In this document: positions 19,295 through 28,815 of the stretch, piece after piece
How the letters are laid out: every line of letters starts with the position of its first letter
Position numbering within the stretch: position 1 is the stretch's first letter
DNA from: an uncultured Candidatus Saccharibacteria bacterium
GTDB taxonomy: Bacteria; Patescibacteriota; Saccharimonadia; Saccharimonadales; CAIOMD01
Direction of reading: 5' to 3'
DNA length: 64,000 nt
NCBI GenBank assembly: GCA_963716565.1
Contig: OY970318.1
Span: 516,284 to 580,283, forward strand
The notes under the pieces: model-generated
The model's input: only the letters and a program-made list of their open reading frames with translations
What the model was told of the DNA's origin: nothing
Databases searched by the model: none
Program-made: the position numbers and the translations under genes

Positions 19295-21415
19295 TTATTC
19301 AGCTTGCTTCATCGAAAGCACCAGGCGGCCACGGTCGTCTATAGCAACCAGCTTTACGGTTACTAAATCGCCTTCTTTGACTAGATCGCTGGGGTGGTTG
19401 GTGCGCTCATTGGCCATTTCGCTAATGTGCACTAAGCCCTCTATGCCAGGTAAGATTTCTACAAAAGCACCAAATTCCATGATTTTAATTACTTTGGATT
19501 TTTCGTAGATTTTGCCAACTTCTGGAGTAGCAGTTAGGTTCTCAATCCAAACTTTAGTAGCATCAATCGATTTCTTATCTGGCGAAGAAATAAATACCGT
19601 ACCATCGTCTTTAATGTCTATATCGGCTCCGGTTTCGGCGATGATTCTGTTAATCATTTCGCCACCCTTGCCAATAACATCGCGAATTTTATCGGGGTTT
19701 ATTTGTATAGATTCTACTCGCGGAGCATATTGGCTCATTTCGGTTCGGGGCTTATCTATGGTTTTGACCATAACGTCTAAGATTTCGGCTCGGCCACCTT
19801 TGGCTTGTTCTAGAACTTTGGCCAAAATGCTTACTGGCAAACCGTGAACCTTCATATCCATCTGCAAAGCCGTAATACCCTTAGAAGTACCGGCTACTTT
19901 AAAGTCCATATCGCCAGCAAAATCTTCGGCATCGGCAATATCGCTTAAAATATATGGCTTGTCGCCGTCCATCATCAGGCCCATAGCTATACCGCTTACT
20001 GGTGCCTTCAAAGGCACGCCGGCATCCATTAAAGCCAAACAGCTGGAACAGATTGCTGCCTGCGAAGTACTGCCATGCTGGCTCATAATTTCGGTAACGC
20101 TGCGGACAGCGTACGGAAACTCAGCTTCGGCAGGAATCATCGGCAATATGGCTCTTTCGGCTAAGGCGCTGTGGCCAATTTCTCGGCGACCCGGGCTACC
20201 CAAGCGGCGAATTTCGCCAGTAGTGTAACCAGGTGCATTGTAATGGTGCATGTAGCGCTTTTCGCCCTCAAATTCCATGGTATCAATCATTTGCGCAAAA
20301 CTTAGTGGAGCTAACGTAACAATGTTCATAGCTTGGGTCATACCCCTAGTAAACAAACTTGAGCCGTGAGCTCTTGGCAATAATCCAACTTCGCAACTAA
20401 TTTGCCTTATTTCGGTCAACTTACGGCCGTCTGGACGCAAACCTTCCTTAACGATACCCTCACGAACATCTTTGTTAGTGGCGGCAGCAAAAGCCTCTTC
20501 GTATTCTGAAGCTACGTTGGCAAAACCTTCTTCGCCCAATTTTTGTTCAAAATGAGCTAGGCAATCTTGCCTTATAATATGCATTTTTTGGTGACGCTCG
20601 GGGTAGTTTGTTCGAATACTAGCGCCAAATTTACCCTTAAGATAAGCATCTACTTCGGCCTGGATGTCAGAGCTCGGCAGTTGCAATTTAAACTCTTGCG
20701 ACTCAACGCCAACTTTTTTAACAAGCTCCTGCTGCAATTTAATTGCTGGTTGCATCTCTTTTTGGGCGTATTCTAGAGCACTAACAACCTCTGCTTCGGA
20801 GCATTCATTAGCACCAGCCTCTAGCATCATAATAGCGTCTTGTGTGCCAGCTACAACAATGTCTAGTTTGGCACCAGCTAATTCGCTGGCCGGGATAAAC
20901 GTTTTGAACTCATCATTCACCAATCCCACTCTTAAGCCAGCCACTGGGCCCTCAAAAGGCGCACCGGTTAACATCAAGGCTGCGCTAGAAGCAATCATGG
21001 CAATCATATCTGGTCTAAAGCTGGGGTCTAAACTCAAGATAGTGGCAACGCACTGAACTTCATGGCGATAGCCCTTGGGCCACAACGGCCTAATAGGCCT
21101 ATCGATTATTCGGCCGATCAAAACTGCCTCGTCGCTGGGTTTGCCTTCGCGCTTAACATAACGACTGCCACTGATTTTGCCGGCTGCATACATTCTTTCT
21201 TCGTATTCGATGCTTAGCGGGAAATAATCCATTCCAACCATCTCATTAGCACTGACCATCGCCGTAGCTAATATAACCGTATCGCCATATCTGGCAATTA
21301 CGCTCGAAGTGGATCTAAATCCAACCCGACCGACTTCTAAACTTAAATCTTTACCGCAGAATTTTGCTTCTACTTTAATAATATCTTTACCGAATGGGTT
21401 AATAGTTTGTCCCAT
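19295..21415 (-). CDS. pnp: Polynucleotide phosphorylase
   Basis: Two RNase PH domains, then KH and S1 (FGAFVEILPGIEGLVHISE). Start chosen at MGQTINPFGK, preceded by AAAGGAA. The upstream 23 codons of the ORF track are probably not translated. Confidence 0.9.
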   Translation of the reverse strand: MGQTINPFGKDIIKVEAKFCGKDLSLEVGRVGFRSTSSVIARYGDTVILATAMVSANEMVGMDYFPLSIEYEERMYAAGKISGSRYVKREGKPSDEAVLIGRIIDRPIRPLWPKGYRHEVQCVATILSLDPSFRPDMIAMIASSAALMLTGAPFEGPVAGLRVGLVNDEFKTFIPASELAGAKLDIVVAGTQDAIMMLEAGANECSEAEVVSALEYAQKEMQPAIKLQQELVKKVGVESQEFKLQLPSSDIQAEVDAYLKGKFGASIRTNYPERHQKMHIIRQDCLAHFEQKLGEEGFANVASEYEEAFAAATNKDVREGIVKEGLRPDGRKLTEIRQISCEVGLLPRAHGSSLFTRGMTQAMNIVTLAPLSFAQMIDTMEFEGEKRYMHHYNAPGYTTGEIRRLGSPGRREIGHSALAERAILPMIPAEAEFPYAVRSVTEIMSQHGSTSQAAICSSCLALMDAGVPLKAPVSGIAMGLMMDGDKPYILSDIADAEDFAGDMDFKVAGTSKGITALQMDMKVHGLPVSILAKVLEQAKGGRAEILDVMVKTIDKPRTEMSQYAPRVESIQINPDKIRDVIGKGGEMINRIIAETGADIDIKDDGTVFISSPDKKSIDATKVWIENLTATPEVGKIYEKSKVIKIMEFGAFVEILPGIEGLVHISEMANERTNHPSDLVKEGDLVTVKLVAIDDRGRLVLSMKQAE

Positions 21416-21536
21416 TAATAGTTCCTTTCTTTTTGTAAGGTGACAAGGTTCAGATATACGCGTGGTATAGCTGTGCTCTGCCACCTTAACCTTAAAATTA
21501 CATTCTTATTCTACTACAAATTCTAACCAAGTATAA

Positions 21537-21830
21537 TTAGCGCCTTAAACCAAGCTTCTTAACCAAGGCTAAATAGGCGTTGCTGTCTTGCTTAGCTAAA
21601 TAACTTAACTGGCGACGGCGTTTGCCAACTAACTGCAGAAGGCCGCGACGAGCCATGTGATCTTTTTTATTAATCTTTAAATGCCCCGTAATTTCATTAA
21701 TCCGGGTTGTCATAACTGTTACTTGAGCTTCTGGTGAGCCAACATCGGCTTTAGCCACCAGCTTTTTGGTAACTGGCTTAACAGTAGTTTTCTTAGCTTT
21801 TGTAGCTGTCTCTTTAGTCTTAGAAATCAT
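21537..21830 (-). CDS. rpsO: 30S ribosomal protein S15 with Lys-rich N-terminus
   Basis: 97 aa. GSPEAQVTVMTTRINEITGHLKINKKDHMARRGLLQLVGKRRRQLSYL. Confidence 0.85.
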   Translation of the reverse strand: MISKTKETATKAKKTTVKPVTKKLVAKADVGSPEAQVTVMTTRINEITGHLKINKKDHMARRGLLQLVGKRRRQLSYLAKQDSNAYLALVKKLGLRR

Positions 21831-21854
21831 ACGCCACGGGATTGTATCACTATT

Positions 21855-22547
21855 TTACTCATTTTTCAAGAGTTTAATTAACGATTGCTCAATTTGAATG
21901 TACGTTATACCCTCTAACGGCAAGGCCGAACTAACTTGATATTCGCCAATGCTTAGCCTCCTCAAATCACTGGTGTAGGCCCCGGTTTGCAGAGCTTGGC
22001 CGATATCTTCTACCAACGACCTGATATATGTCCCACTAGACACCCGCGTTCTAATAGACAACTTTGGATATTGGTAATTTAACAATTCGATACTATATAT
22101 GGTTACTTGTCTTTTGGGCATCTCAACCGGCTTATTTTGCCTAGCTAAATGATAGGCTCGCACACCGCCAACTTTAATTGCACTGTAAATTGGCGGAGTC
22201 TGCTCAATTACACCGCTAAACTGTTTTAAAACATCTTCGATTTCTGACCTAGAAGGCTCTTTGCTACTAATCACTGTTAGCTCGCCTTCTTTGTCGCCAG
22301 TTGAAGACTGCAGCCCAAGGGTAACTTCAGCTTCGTAGGTTTTATCTTGCTTAATTAACTGCGGTATTTTTTTGGTATAGGCGCCAATTGCTAGAATTAA
22401 CAGCCCGGTAGCAGCCGGGTCTAAAGTACCACTATGGCCAACTTTTAATTTTTGGCCCGTAACAGATTTAATAGTTCCTCTAACTTTTGCTACAACGCCA
22501 AAGCTAGAAACACCAGTTGGTTTATCAATTAATAGCAAGCCTTGCAT
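21855..22547 (-). CDS. truB: tRNA pseudouridine55 synthase TruB
   Basis: 230 aa. GLLLIDKPTGVSSF and the catalytic motif GHSGTLDPAATGLL. Confidence 0.9.
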   Translation of the reverse strand: MQGLLLIDKPTGVSSFGVVAKVRGTIKSVTGQKLKVGHSGTLDPAATGLLILAIGAYTKKIPQLIKQDKTYEAEVTLGLQSSTGDKEGELTVISSKEPSRSEIEDVLKQFSGVIEQTPPIYSAIKVGGVRAYHLARQNKPVEMPKRQVTIYSIELLNYQYPKLSIRTRVSSGTYIRSLVEDIGQALQTGAYTSDLRRLSIGEYQVSSALPLEGITYIQIEQSLIKLLKNE

Positions 22548-22552
22548 AAGGA

Positions 22553-22625
22553 TTAGTATCTAGTAGCGAGTGCCGAGTTGGCAAGCAATAAATACAAAAA
22601 GATTCATCTTTATTTCTTGCTAACT
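22553..22625. repeat. Family B element B2 (DHH-like gene / truB spacer)
   Basis: The plus strand reads TTAGTATCTAGTAGCGAGTGCCGAGTTGGCAAGCAATAAATAC...TTCTTGCTAACTA. The arms are inverted. The DHH-like gene's stop TAG lies at the element edge. Confidence 0.7.
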
Positions 22626-24333
22626 ACAGTGTTGCCGGCAATGGTAAATCTGGTGCCGAGCCACCGTTGCCGCCAGTATTTTGAGGGGGAGTAGGCGTAG
22701 GCGCGGGCGGAGTTAAATCTGGCTGGTCGGCTGATTCTTCAACAGCTGGAGACATAGGCAATGGTGGCGGAACAGTTGGTGGCTCTTCGGTTGGCTCCAC
22801 CGCCCCAGACACTAAAGGCTCAACGCTATCTTGATCACTATCTGCTGGCTTGGTTTGTACGGCATCTATTACCGCTTGGCGGGCAGCAGTCTCATTATCT
22901 GCCATTGCCATAGCTTGATCACTTGGCGGCTGGCTGTTGGCTTCAATAGAAGACTTCAAATCGGCCATGCTTTGTTCTACCATCTTGCGTCCATCGGTTT
23001 CGTCTAAAGCCGGTGTGGCCGATAAGTCAGGGTTGGTATCATCGCCAGATGTTTCGGTGCTGTTATCTTGCTGATGATCTTCCGACAGATACGAATTAGC
23101 CGACTCTGATGAAGCAGTTAGCGGATCGATGCTGGGCTCTAGCCCTTCCGCATTAGCGTTGGCAGTCATAACGCCACCCATACTAGGCGGTGATGTCATG
23201 TATCTTTCGTAAGCTGGAGGTTCTTCGGCGGGAGGAGTAACATCTGGACCTTTTTCGATAATCGCATTTCTGGCTGGCATAGGGGCGTTGTTAGCAAGTT
23301 CTGCCAAATCACCAACGTGATATAGAGTACCCTGCTCATCGATTTTTATTTCGTTGGGAGCATTTAATGCGCCGTCCCCTTCTGGAGCAGGCGGCAATAA
23401 AATAGGTGGTGCGATTTCTTGTTCTACAACAGCCGGAGGTTCTTCGACTGGTACTTCTGGTGCTGCGGGCACCTCAGGAGCAGTCGGTACTTCCGAAACT
23501 GGTGGCTCCGAGTGATCAAATTGAATTGTGTCGGCCGGCATTGGTGCCGGTTCTGCTGCTATCGGTGCTATAGGGGCTGGTGGTGGAGTTGGTATTAGGG
23601 CATTAGAAATCAATTGCTGGTTAGCGCCAGCAGCCATTAACTGAGCTGCCATGGTCATAACTTTAGGCGAAGTTTTGTCGTTGCTAAACCGTTCCGTGCA
23701 AGCCACTATACCAGTCAAGAAAGCTGTGGCTATCTGGCCATCGAGGATTCCACTTTGCAAAGACTCACTAACACTTACTAGCATTTCGCACAAACTGCTA
23801 GCAGTTGGATCCATCCAATTAATACTGCCAACATCGGTCATCCCTTCGCCGGCCATTACGCCAATAACTGTTGCGTCATGCAAAATACGGCCATGAGCAG
23901 TAACAGCTTGATCGATATGCTCTTGCTGGTCTACGCCTAAAGCAATAACCAAATCAACATTATAGTCACCTTGCTCAAAATTAAAGTCGGTTTGGCTAAG
24001 TGATGTCTTGTACGGGGTAATAAAGATTTTAACTACGTCTTCTTCGACTTTATAGCGCAACTTGTCGGCTTTGGCTTTATCAAGTGAAATAATAAAATCG
24101 CGCAAAGACTCAGCATTTTGCTCTAGGGTGTTTTCGGGCTGCAAAAATTCGATAGTAGACGGTATGGCGCCACTAAAAATGGCCGTAGTATGTTTGGTTA
24201 GCTTGTTTAACATCAATGCCAACCCAATTGTGGCTGCCAGTTGGTCAACCGAAGGATTATTGCTTACAGTAATCAAGACGTTTTGAGCTTGGCGCAAACG
24301 TTCGACTACCTGATTTTTGGGGTTAGCTTCCAT
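22624..24333 (-). CDS. DHH/NrnA-like N-terminal domain protein with long Pro-rich disordered tail
   Basis: 569 aa. The first 240 aa or so resemble a DHH-family fold, but I cannot find an intact DHH motif. The remaining 320 aa or so are Pro/Ala/Glu/Thr low complexity. Confidence 0.4.
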   Translation of the reverse strand: MEANPKNQVVERLRQAQNVLITVSNNPSVDQLAATIGLALMLNKLTKHTTAIFSGAIPSTIEFLQPENTLEQNAESLRDFIISLDKAKADKLRYKVEEDVVKIFITPYKTSLSQTDFNFEQGDYNVDLVIALGVDQQEHIDQAVTAHGRILHDATVIGVMAGEGMTDVGSINWMDPTASSLCEMLVSVSESLQSGILDGQIATAFLTGIVACTERFSNDKTSPKVMTMAAQLMAAGANQQLISNALIPTPPPAPIAPIAAEPAPMPADTIQFDHSEPPVSEVPTAPEVPAAPEVPVEEPPAVVEQEIAPPILLPPAPEGDGALNAPNEIKIDEQGTLYHVGDLAELANNAPMPARNAIIEKGPDVTPPAEEPPAYERYMTSPPSMGGVMTANANAEGLEPSIDPLTASSESANSYLSEDHQQDNSTETSGDDTNPDLSATPALDETDGRKMVEQSMADLKSSIEANSQPPSDQAMAMADNETAARQAVIDAVQTKPADSDQDSVEPLVSGAVEPTEEPPTVPPPLPMSPAVEESADQPDLTPPAPTPTPPQNTGGNGGSAPDLPLPATL

Positions 24334-24406
24334 TTTTGATTTTTATTAGAGCTATTACTTCTAACACATTACCATAAAAACTTTGGGCAAGCAAGATAAA
24401 CATAAT

Positions 24407-24435
24407 TTGTCAAACAGTGTTTTTTAGGGTATACT
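24407..24435 (+). promoter_or_regulatory. Putative promoter of rpsT
   Basis: TTGTCA-17 nt-TATACT, followed by the SD AAGAGGAG at 24472-24479 and ATG at 24485. Confidence 0.5.
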
Positions 24436-24484
24436 TTGCCCCGAAGTAAAATATAATTTACTCTAACAATTTAAGAGGAGTTCT

Positions 24485-24877
24485 ATGCCAATAATCAAGT
24501 CCGCTAAAAAGCGGGTAAAAGTAGCCGCCAAAGCTGCTACCAGAAATTCCAAAACTAAGCGAGATTTAAAAGACGCTTTAAAGAGCTTTTACGCTGCCCT
24601 AACCGGTGGCAAAGCCGAAAAAGTTTCGGCTGCACATGTAACGGCCGTTAGCGCTATTGATACTGCTGCCAAGAAAAACGTCATTCACAAAAATAAGGCT
24701 GCTCGCAAAAAGCAGCAACTAGCCGTTGCCATGAAAAAGGCTAACTTTAAACCCCTGGTCGGCAAAAAAACAACCGCTAAGCCAGCTAAAGTTACCGTTG
24801 CCAAAAAAGCCACCGTTAAACCTGCTGCTAAAAAACCAGTCGCTAAAAAGACTGCTAAAAAACCCGCCACCAAATAG
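24485..24877 (+). CDS. rpsT: 30S ribosomal protein S20 with Lys/Ala-rich C-terminal extension
   Basis: 130 aa. MPIIKSAKKRVKVAAKAATRN is an S20 N-terminus. The C-terminal 45 aa or so are AKKP/AKK repeats. Confidence 0.85.
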   Translation: MPIIKSAKKRVKVAAKAATRNSKTKRDLKDALKSFYAALTGGKAEKVSAAHVTAVSAIDTAAKKNVIHKNKAARKKQQLAVAMKKANFKPLVGKKTTAKPAKVTVAKKATVKPAAKKPVAKKTAKKPATK

Positions 24878-25015
24878 TTGGCAAGTTAATAAGTAGCTAG
24901 TGGCGAGTAGTTAGCTGCAGAAAATAATTAATCATCTGTTGTTTTTATAATTTTCTAAGTTCTGTTTGATTTGCGGGACCAAATTAAATCTAGTTACTCG
25001 CCTACTTGCTAACTG
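24875..25015. repeat. Family B element B3 (rpsT / YYY-protein convergent spacer)
   Basis: The left arm is TAGTTGGCAAGTTAATAAGTAGCTAGTGGCGAGTAGTTAGCTG. The right arm is AGTTACTCGCCTACTTGCTAACTG. GGCGAGTA and TACTCGCC are complementary. Both gene stops are TAGs inside the arms. Confidence 0.7.
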
Positions 25016-26975
25016 AATATATTGCATAACGGGCATTGTCGAAGACTGGCTGGCCAAAGGCGCCATTGAAGATATCCCGGTTAATTTTATAGGCGTTTAG
25101 TTCATCTGGCCCAACTAATATGTAGGCCACCTTCACAGCCTCAGCTTTAGCACACAACTCTTGGGAATCAGTCGATTCATAGATGGCCTTAACTTCATTG
25201 CTGCGATAGCTTATTAAACTCCAGGCCTCAGAACTATAGCGCCAACCCCACTCATGGGATTGCCAGCCAATAATCGTTGGCAGGCCACTATAGCTAGCTA
25301 GCCAGCTTTGATCGGTATAGCTTTGCCCGACTGCCTGTAAAACAATCGACTGACCTATAATGTTTTTGCTTGCCCAATCAACGGTTTCTAACTTGGCCGG
25401 ATCTTGAGTTTTAAGATAAGCTAGCCCGTTTAAAGTGTTAGCCCTGTAATCGTTCAAAGTCTTTATGCCAATTACCAAGCCAAAAGATAAAGCAACGCAA
25501 GCGGCGATTATAATTACCCTGAGGCCAAAACGCCTGAGTTTTGTTTTTAGATTGGTGTCTAACAAAACTAGTAATGAAGCGGCAGATACGGCAATTAACG
25601 GCCAAGCGCTGTACCACACTTTAAATACCGTGTTGGCTCTGGCAAACGGCGGATTCTGGTAATAATAAATATCCTTTAAATATATAAATTCGGGCAGAAG
25701 AATCAAAGCTATGCCACCGATAGCCAATATCCAGATTAAATCTGTTTGTTTGTGGCGTTTTAACCACCGCTTTCTCCATAGTATTGCAGCGGCAACTAGA
25801 CCCAAAATAAGCGGTAGCCCAAATTGCCAAAGAATGTGTTTAATTGGAGTTTTAAACAGAGCCACGCCAACACCACCAATAGCTGGGTTAAAGTGCGTCA
25901 AAAATACGATTGCTAGCAGAATAAACGCTAGCACGTAAGCCATTATTAAAGTCAGTAGCTGGTAGTTATCAACCTTGTGGCGCCAACGCATAAACACCAT
26001 CAACAACCCAAAAACTATTGAACAACTAATTACGTCAAAACTATTGGTGGCGCTGAGCAAACCAACCAAACCACCAGCGATGGCCGCCAATGTAATACGG
26101 CTGTTTTTAAAGGGCTTTTCTAGATACAAAAGAGCAACTGTTAGGTAAAACCCGAAGCTTAAAACTAAAGCCATCATGTGAGCATGCAAATCACCCAATA
26201 TTAATGAATACAGCGGATATTCGTTAATCACCTGTTCAATAAAGCGACCGGAATTAAAAAAGAAATAATGATTTTGAGCCGTTAAAGTCATTAAGAATGG
26301 ATGCAAGTTAGAAGCAAAGAATGTTAAGAACAAGGCCAAAAATCCAGCCAGTTTGCGCTTAGCAATTTGCCACCCTAATATATAAATTGAAGTACCAGCC
26401 GTTGCCAGTACGGTAGCAAAACCAAGATTGAAAGCATAAGCCAAACCCGTACGGCTCATTTTAGCTATTGTTGCTACCAGCCAATGCCCAAAGTAATAAT
26501 AATTAAGGCTATCCGGCGCATACCAAGTATCTACCGGAACGCCGGCTGTATGACGCAGTAAATTGCTTAAAATGGCACTGTCCATCATTTTTTCAATGCC
26601 CTCTATTTTGGGAATGGATGATCTTAGGGCGACTCCAACAATAAATAAAGCAATAAAAATTGCTTCGATAAACAGATAGCTCCGCCAATGGGCCTTAAAA
26701 CATTGCTTAAGTGTTTTACGCCGAAAGATAAAGGTTAAAACATATAAAACTAAGATAATTAGCCATATCCACAAGGCGGTAAAAGGTACTATCCTTATAA
26801 GCGATAAAACCCAGGTTATAGCACCCAGCCCAACCAGCCCGATCACCCTGCCAAGGCCATAGCGCAAAAGCGAAAGGTCCCCTGGCCGTATTAAGGCTAG
26901 AACCCCCCAATATGAGGCAACATACAGAGCCCCCAACCAGGCCAGAGCAATTAGCACATCACCAAACGGAATCAT
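25002..26975 (-). CDS. DUF2298 / YYY-motif polytopic membrane protein (GT-C-like, putative glycosyltransferase)
   Basis: 657 aa with more than 12 hydrophobic helices. It carries DSLNYYYFGHW, the motif characteristic of chlor_Arch_YYY/DUF2298 proteins. Confidence 0.6.
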   Translation of the reverse strand: MIPFGDVLIALAWLGALYVASYWGVLALIRPGDLSLLRYGLGRVIGLVGLGAITWVLSLIRIVPFTALWIWLIILVLYVLTFIFRRKTLKQCFKAHWRSYLFIEAIFIALFIVGVALRSSIPKIEGIEKMMDSAILSNLLRHTAGVPVDTWYAPDSLNYYYFGHWLVATIAKMSRTGLAYAFNLGFATVLATAGTSIYILGWQIAKRKLAGFLALFLTFFASNLHPFLMTLTAQNHYFFFNSGRFIEQVINEYPLYSLILGDLHAHMMALVLSFGFYLTVALLYLEKPFKNSRITLAAIAGGLVGLLSATNSFDVISCSIVFGLLMVFMRWRHKVDNYQLLTLIMAYVLAFILLAIVFLTHFNPAIGGVGVALFKTPIKHILWQFGLPLILGLVAAAILWRKRWLKRHKQTDLIWILAIGGIALILLPEFIYLKDIYYYQNPPFARANTVFKVWYSAWPLIAVSAASLLVLLDTNLKTKLRRFGLRVIIIAACVALSFGLVIGIKTLNDYRANTLNGLAYLKTQDPAKLETVDWASKNIIGQSIVLQAVGQSYTDQSWLASYSGLPTIIGWQSHEWGWRYSSEAWSLISYRSNEVKAIYESTDSQELCAKAEAVKVAYILVGPDELNAYKINRDIFNGAFGQPVFDNARYAIYSVSK

Positions 26976-27013
26976 TAATATAAAGCATAAACCATTTGCG
27001 CACTAGACCAAGC

Positions 27014-27928
27014 TTAAAACGCCATAATTAACGACTGCAAAGCATCATCGGCATTAACCGAAGTCCGCTTTAACATCTTATCGGTTTCAATCGTCAAATC
27101 TAACATCTGCTCGAGCTTTTGGTTGGTGATTCTTTTGGCAGTGTTCTGGTTTTTGCGCACCACAAACGGGCTTAATTTGGCTTTAGTGGCAATCTCGCTA
27201 GCCGGCATTGCGTTAGCGGCTTTAACTATGTTTAGGATATGGATTTGCCAAATAATCATAGCCAAAATAGCAGCCGGTTCCATGCCCAAAGCCCGCTGTT
27301 CCCCGTAAAGTTGCAAGGCTTTGGCCGTTTTGCCCTCAAAAGCAGCGTCTAACATTGCAAAAATGCTGCTTTGTGGCGAACGGACAGTTAACAGTTGGAT
27401 TGTTTCTAGGGTGATTTGGGGTTGATACAAAACCAGTTTTGTTAGTTCATTATTTAGCAGTTGGTGATTCACGCCTATTCGTTCTATTAAGGCATTTGCC
27501 AAGCTATGAGTAATTTGCCCACCTAACTTTCTTACTTGCTCAACAACCCAACTTGCCAGCTCTTCACCCTGCAAGTGGTTAAACTCCCTAATTTCGGCAA
27601 GTGTGCGCAAGTTAGTTTGGTATTTACTGCGGCTATCTAAATGGCTCTCAATAACTACTAAGTCGGTAGTGTCGGCCATGCTTTTATGAATATCTTCAAT
27701 GTTATCGGCTAGTTCTTTATTAGCACTTAGATTCCTAACCACCACCAAACGCCTGGCCGATAAAAACGGTAAGGTCGATATTGCTTCTTTTAGGTTAGCC
27801 AAATTAATGTCTTCGCCAGAAAATTTATCTATAGCTACAGCGCCGTGCAAGCCGGTAAAGCTAGCTACTAGCTCTTTGGCAGCTTGTTCTTTGGAGTGCC
27901 CGTTGTCACCTATAAAGGCCATCAACAT
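27014..27928 (-). CDS. holA: DNA polymerase III delta subunit
   Basis: 304 aa with a delta-like layout (LPFLSARRLVVVRN, LNNELTKLVLY). Recognition is moderate. Confidence 0.7.
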   Translation of the reverse strand: MLMAFIGDNGHSKEQAAKELVASFTGLHGAVAIDKFSGEDINLANLKEAISTLPFLSARRLVVVRNLSANKELADNIEDIHKSMADTTDLVVIESHLDSRSKYQTNLRTLAEIREFNHLQGEELASWVVEQVRKLGGQITHSLANALIERIGVNHQLLNNELTKLVLYQPQITLETIQLLTVRSPQSSIFAMLDAAFEGKTAKALQLYGEQRALGMEPAAILAMIIWQIHILNIVKAANAMPASEIATKAKLSPFVVRKNQNTAKRITNQKLEQMLDLTIETDKMLKRTSVNADDALQSLIMAF

Positions 27929-27930
27929 AA

Positions 27931-28815
27931 TTATTCTTTGCCTTTTTTATATAGAGTCTGGCATTTGGGGCAAACATGTGTGCCCCGGCCAGCCACTCTT
28001 ATTTTTATTATCTCACCCTTACAGTTTAAGCAGAGTTGTTTTTGACGCCTAAAAACTTTTGTATGGTCCATGTAATTGCCTTTTTGGCCCAAAGCATCAA
28101 CGTAGTTTCTGTCGGTGGTACCACCGTACTCAATGCTAAGATTCAAAATACGGCGCAATTCTTGGTAAAGTTTTTCTAATTTGGCTTTTGGCACAGCACT
28201 TACGATGCTAGCCGGATGAATGCCAGCCGCAAATAATGATTCATCAGCATAAATATTACCCACTCCGGCAATTACGCTTTGGTCTAACAGCACGGCCTTA
28301 ATATTAGATTTTTTGCGTTTTTGTAAACGTTCAATAAGATCTTTAGCGCTAAAATTTTGTTCGAGCGGTTCAGGGCCAACTTTGCGCATAAAATCCATAC
28401 TACCTATCTCGCTGGTTGGTAGTAATTTCATCCAGCCGAATTTACGCTGATCGTTAAAAAATAACTGGCTATCATCTATGAAAGTTATGGTTACTCTCGT
28501 GGATTTGTCTGGCAATTCGCCAACTAAACTCTTTGTAGGGTGCCCCGCTCCAAAGTTTTGTTTGCCCCTAAAAACTAGTTGGCCGGTCATTTTTAAATGA
28601 ATTATTAAACTGTACTCGGTTGATAAATCTATCATTAAAACTTTTGCTCGGCGTCGAACGGTAATAACTTTTGCACCGACCAAAAACTTCTTTACGTCAG
28701 CTTGAGCGTTCGGAAAGCTTTTGTCCCAATTATGATTCACCGATTTAACAGTTGAGCCGGGCAATAGTTTAACAAGGCCCAATTTTACAGTTTCAACTTC
28801 TGGCAACTCCGGCAT
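27931..28815 (-). CDS. mutM: Formamidopyrimidine-DNA glycosylase (Fpg/MutM)
   Basis: 294 aa. MPELPEVETV catalytic N-terminus, H2TH domain and a C-terminal zinc finger (CLNCKGEI...HVCPKCQ). Confidence 0.9.
   Translation of the reverse strand: MPELPEVETVKLGLVKLLPGSTVKSVNHNWDKSFPNAQADVKKFLVGAKVITVRRRAKVLMIDLSTEYSLIIHLKMTGQLVFRGKQNFGAGHPTKSLVGELPDKSTRVTITFIDDSQLFFNDQRKFGWMKLLPTSEIGSMDFMRKVGPEPLEQNFSAKDLIERLQKRKKSNIKAVLLDQSVIAGVGNIYADESLFAAGIHPASIVSAVPKAKLEKLYQELRRILNLSIEYGGTTDRNYVDALGQKGNYMDHTKVFRRQKQLCLNCKGEIIKIRVAGRGTHVCPKCQTLYKKGKE

Noticed and set aside
25621-26910. Small minus-strand ORFs nested in the YYY membrane-protein gene (25621-25830, 26716-26910).
   Set aside because: They are alternate-frame ORFs within a long, continuous hydrophobic CDS and have no independent signals.
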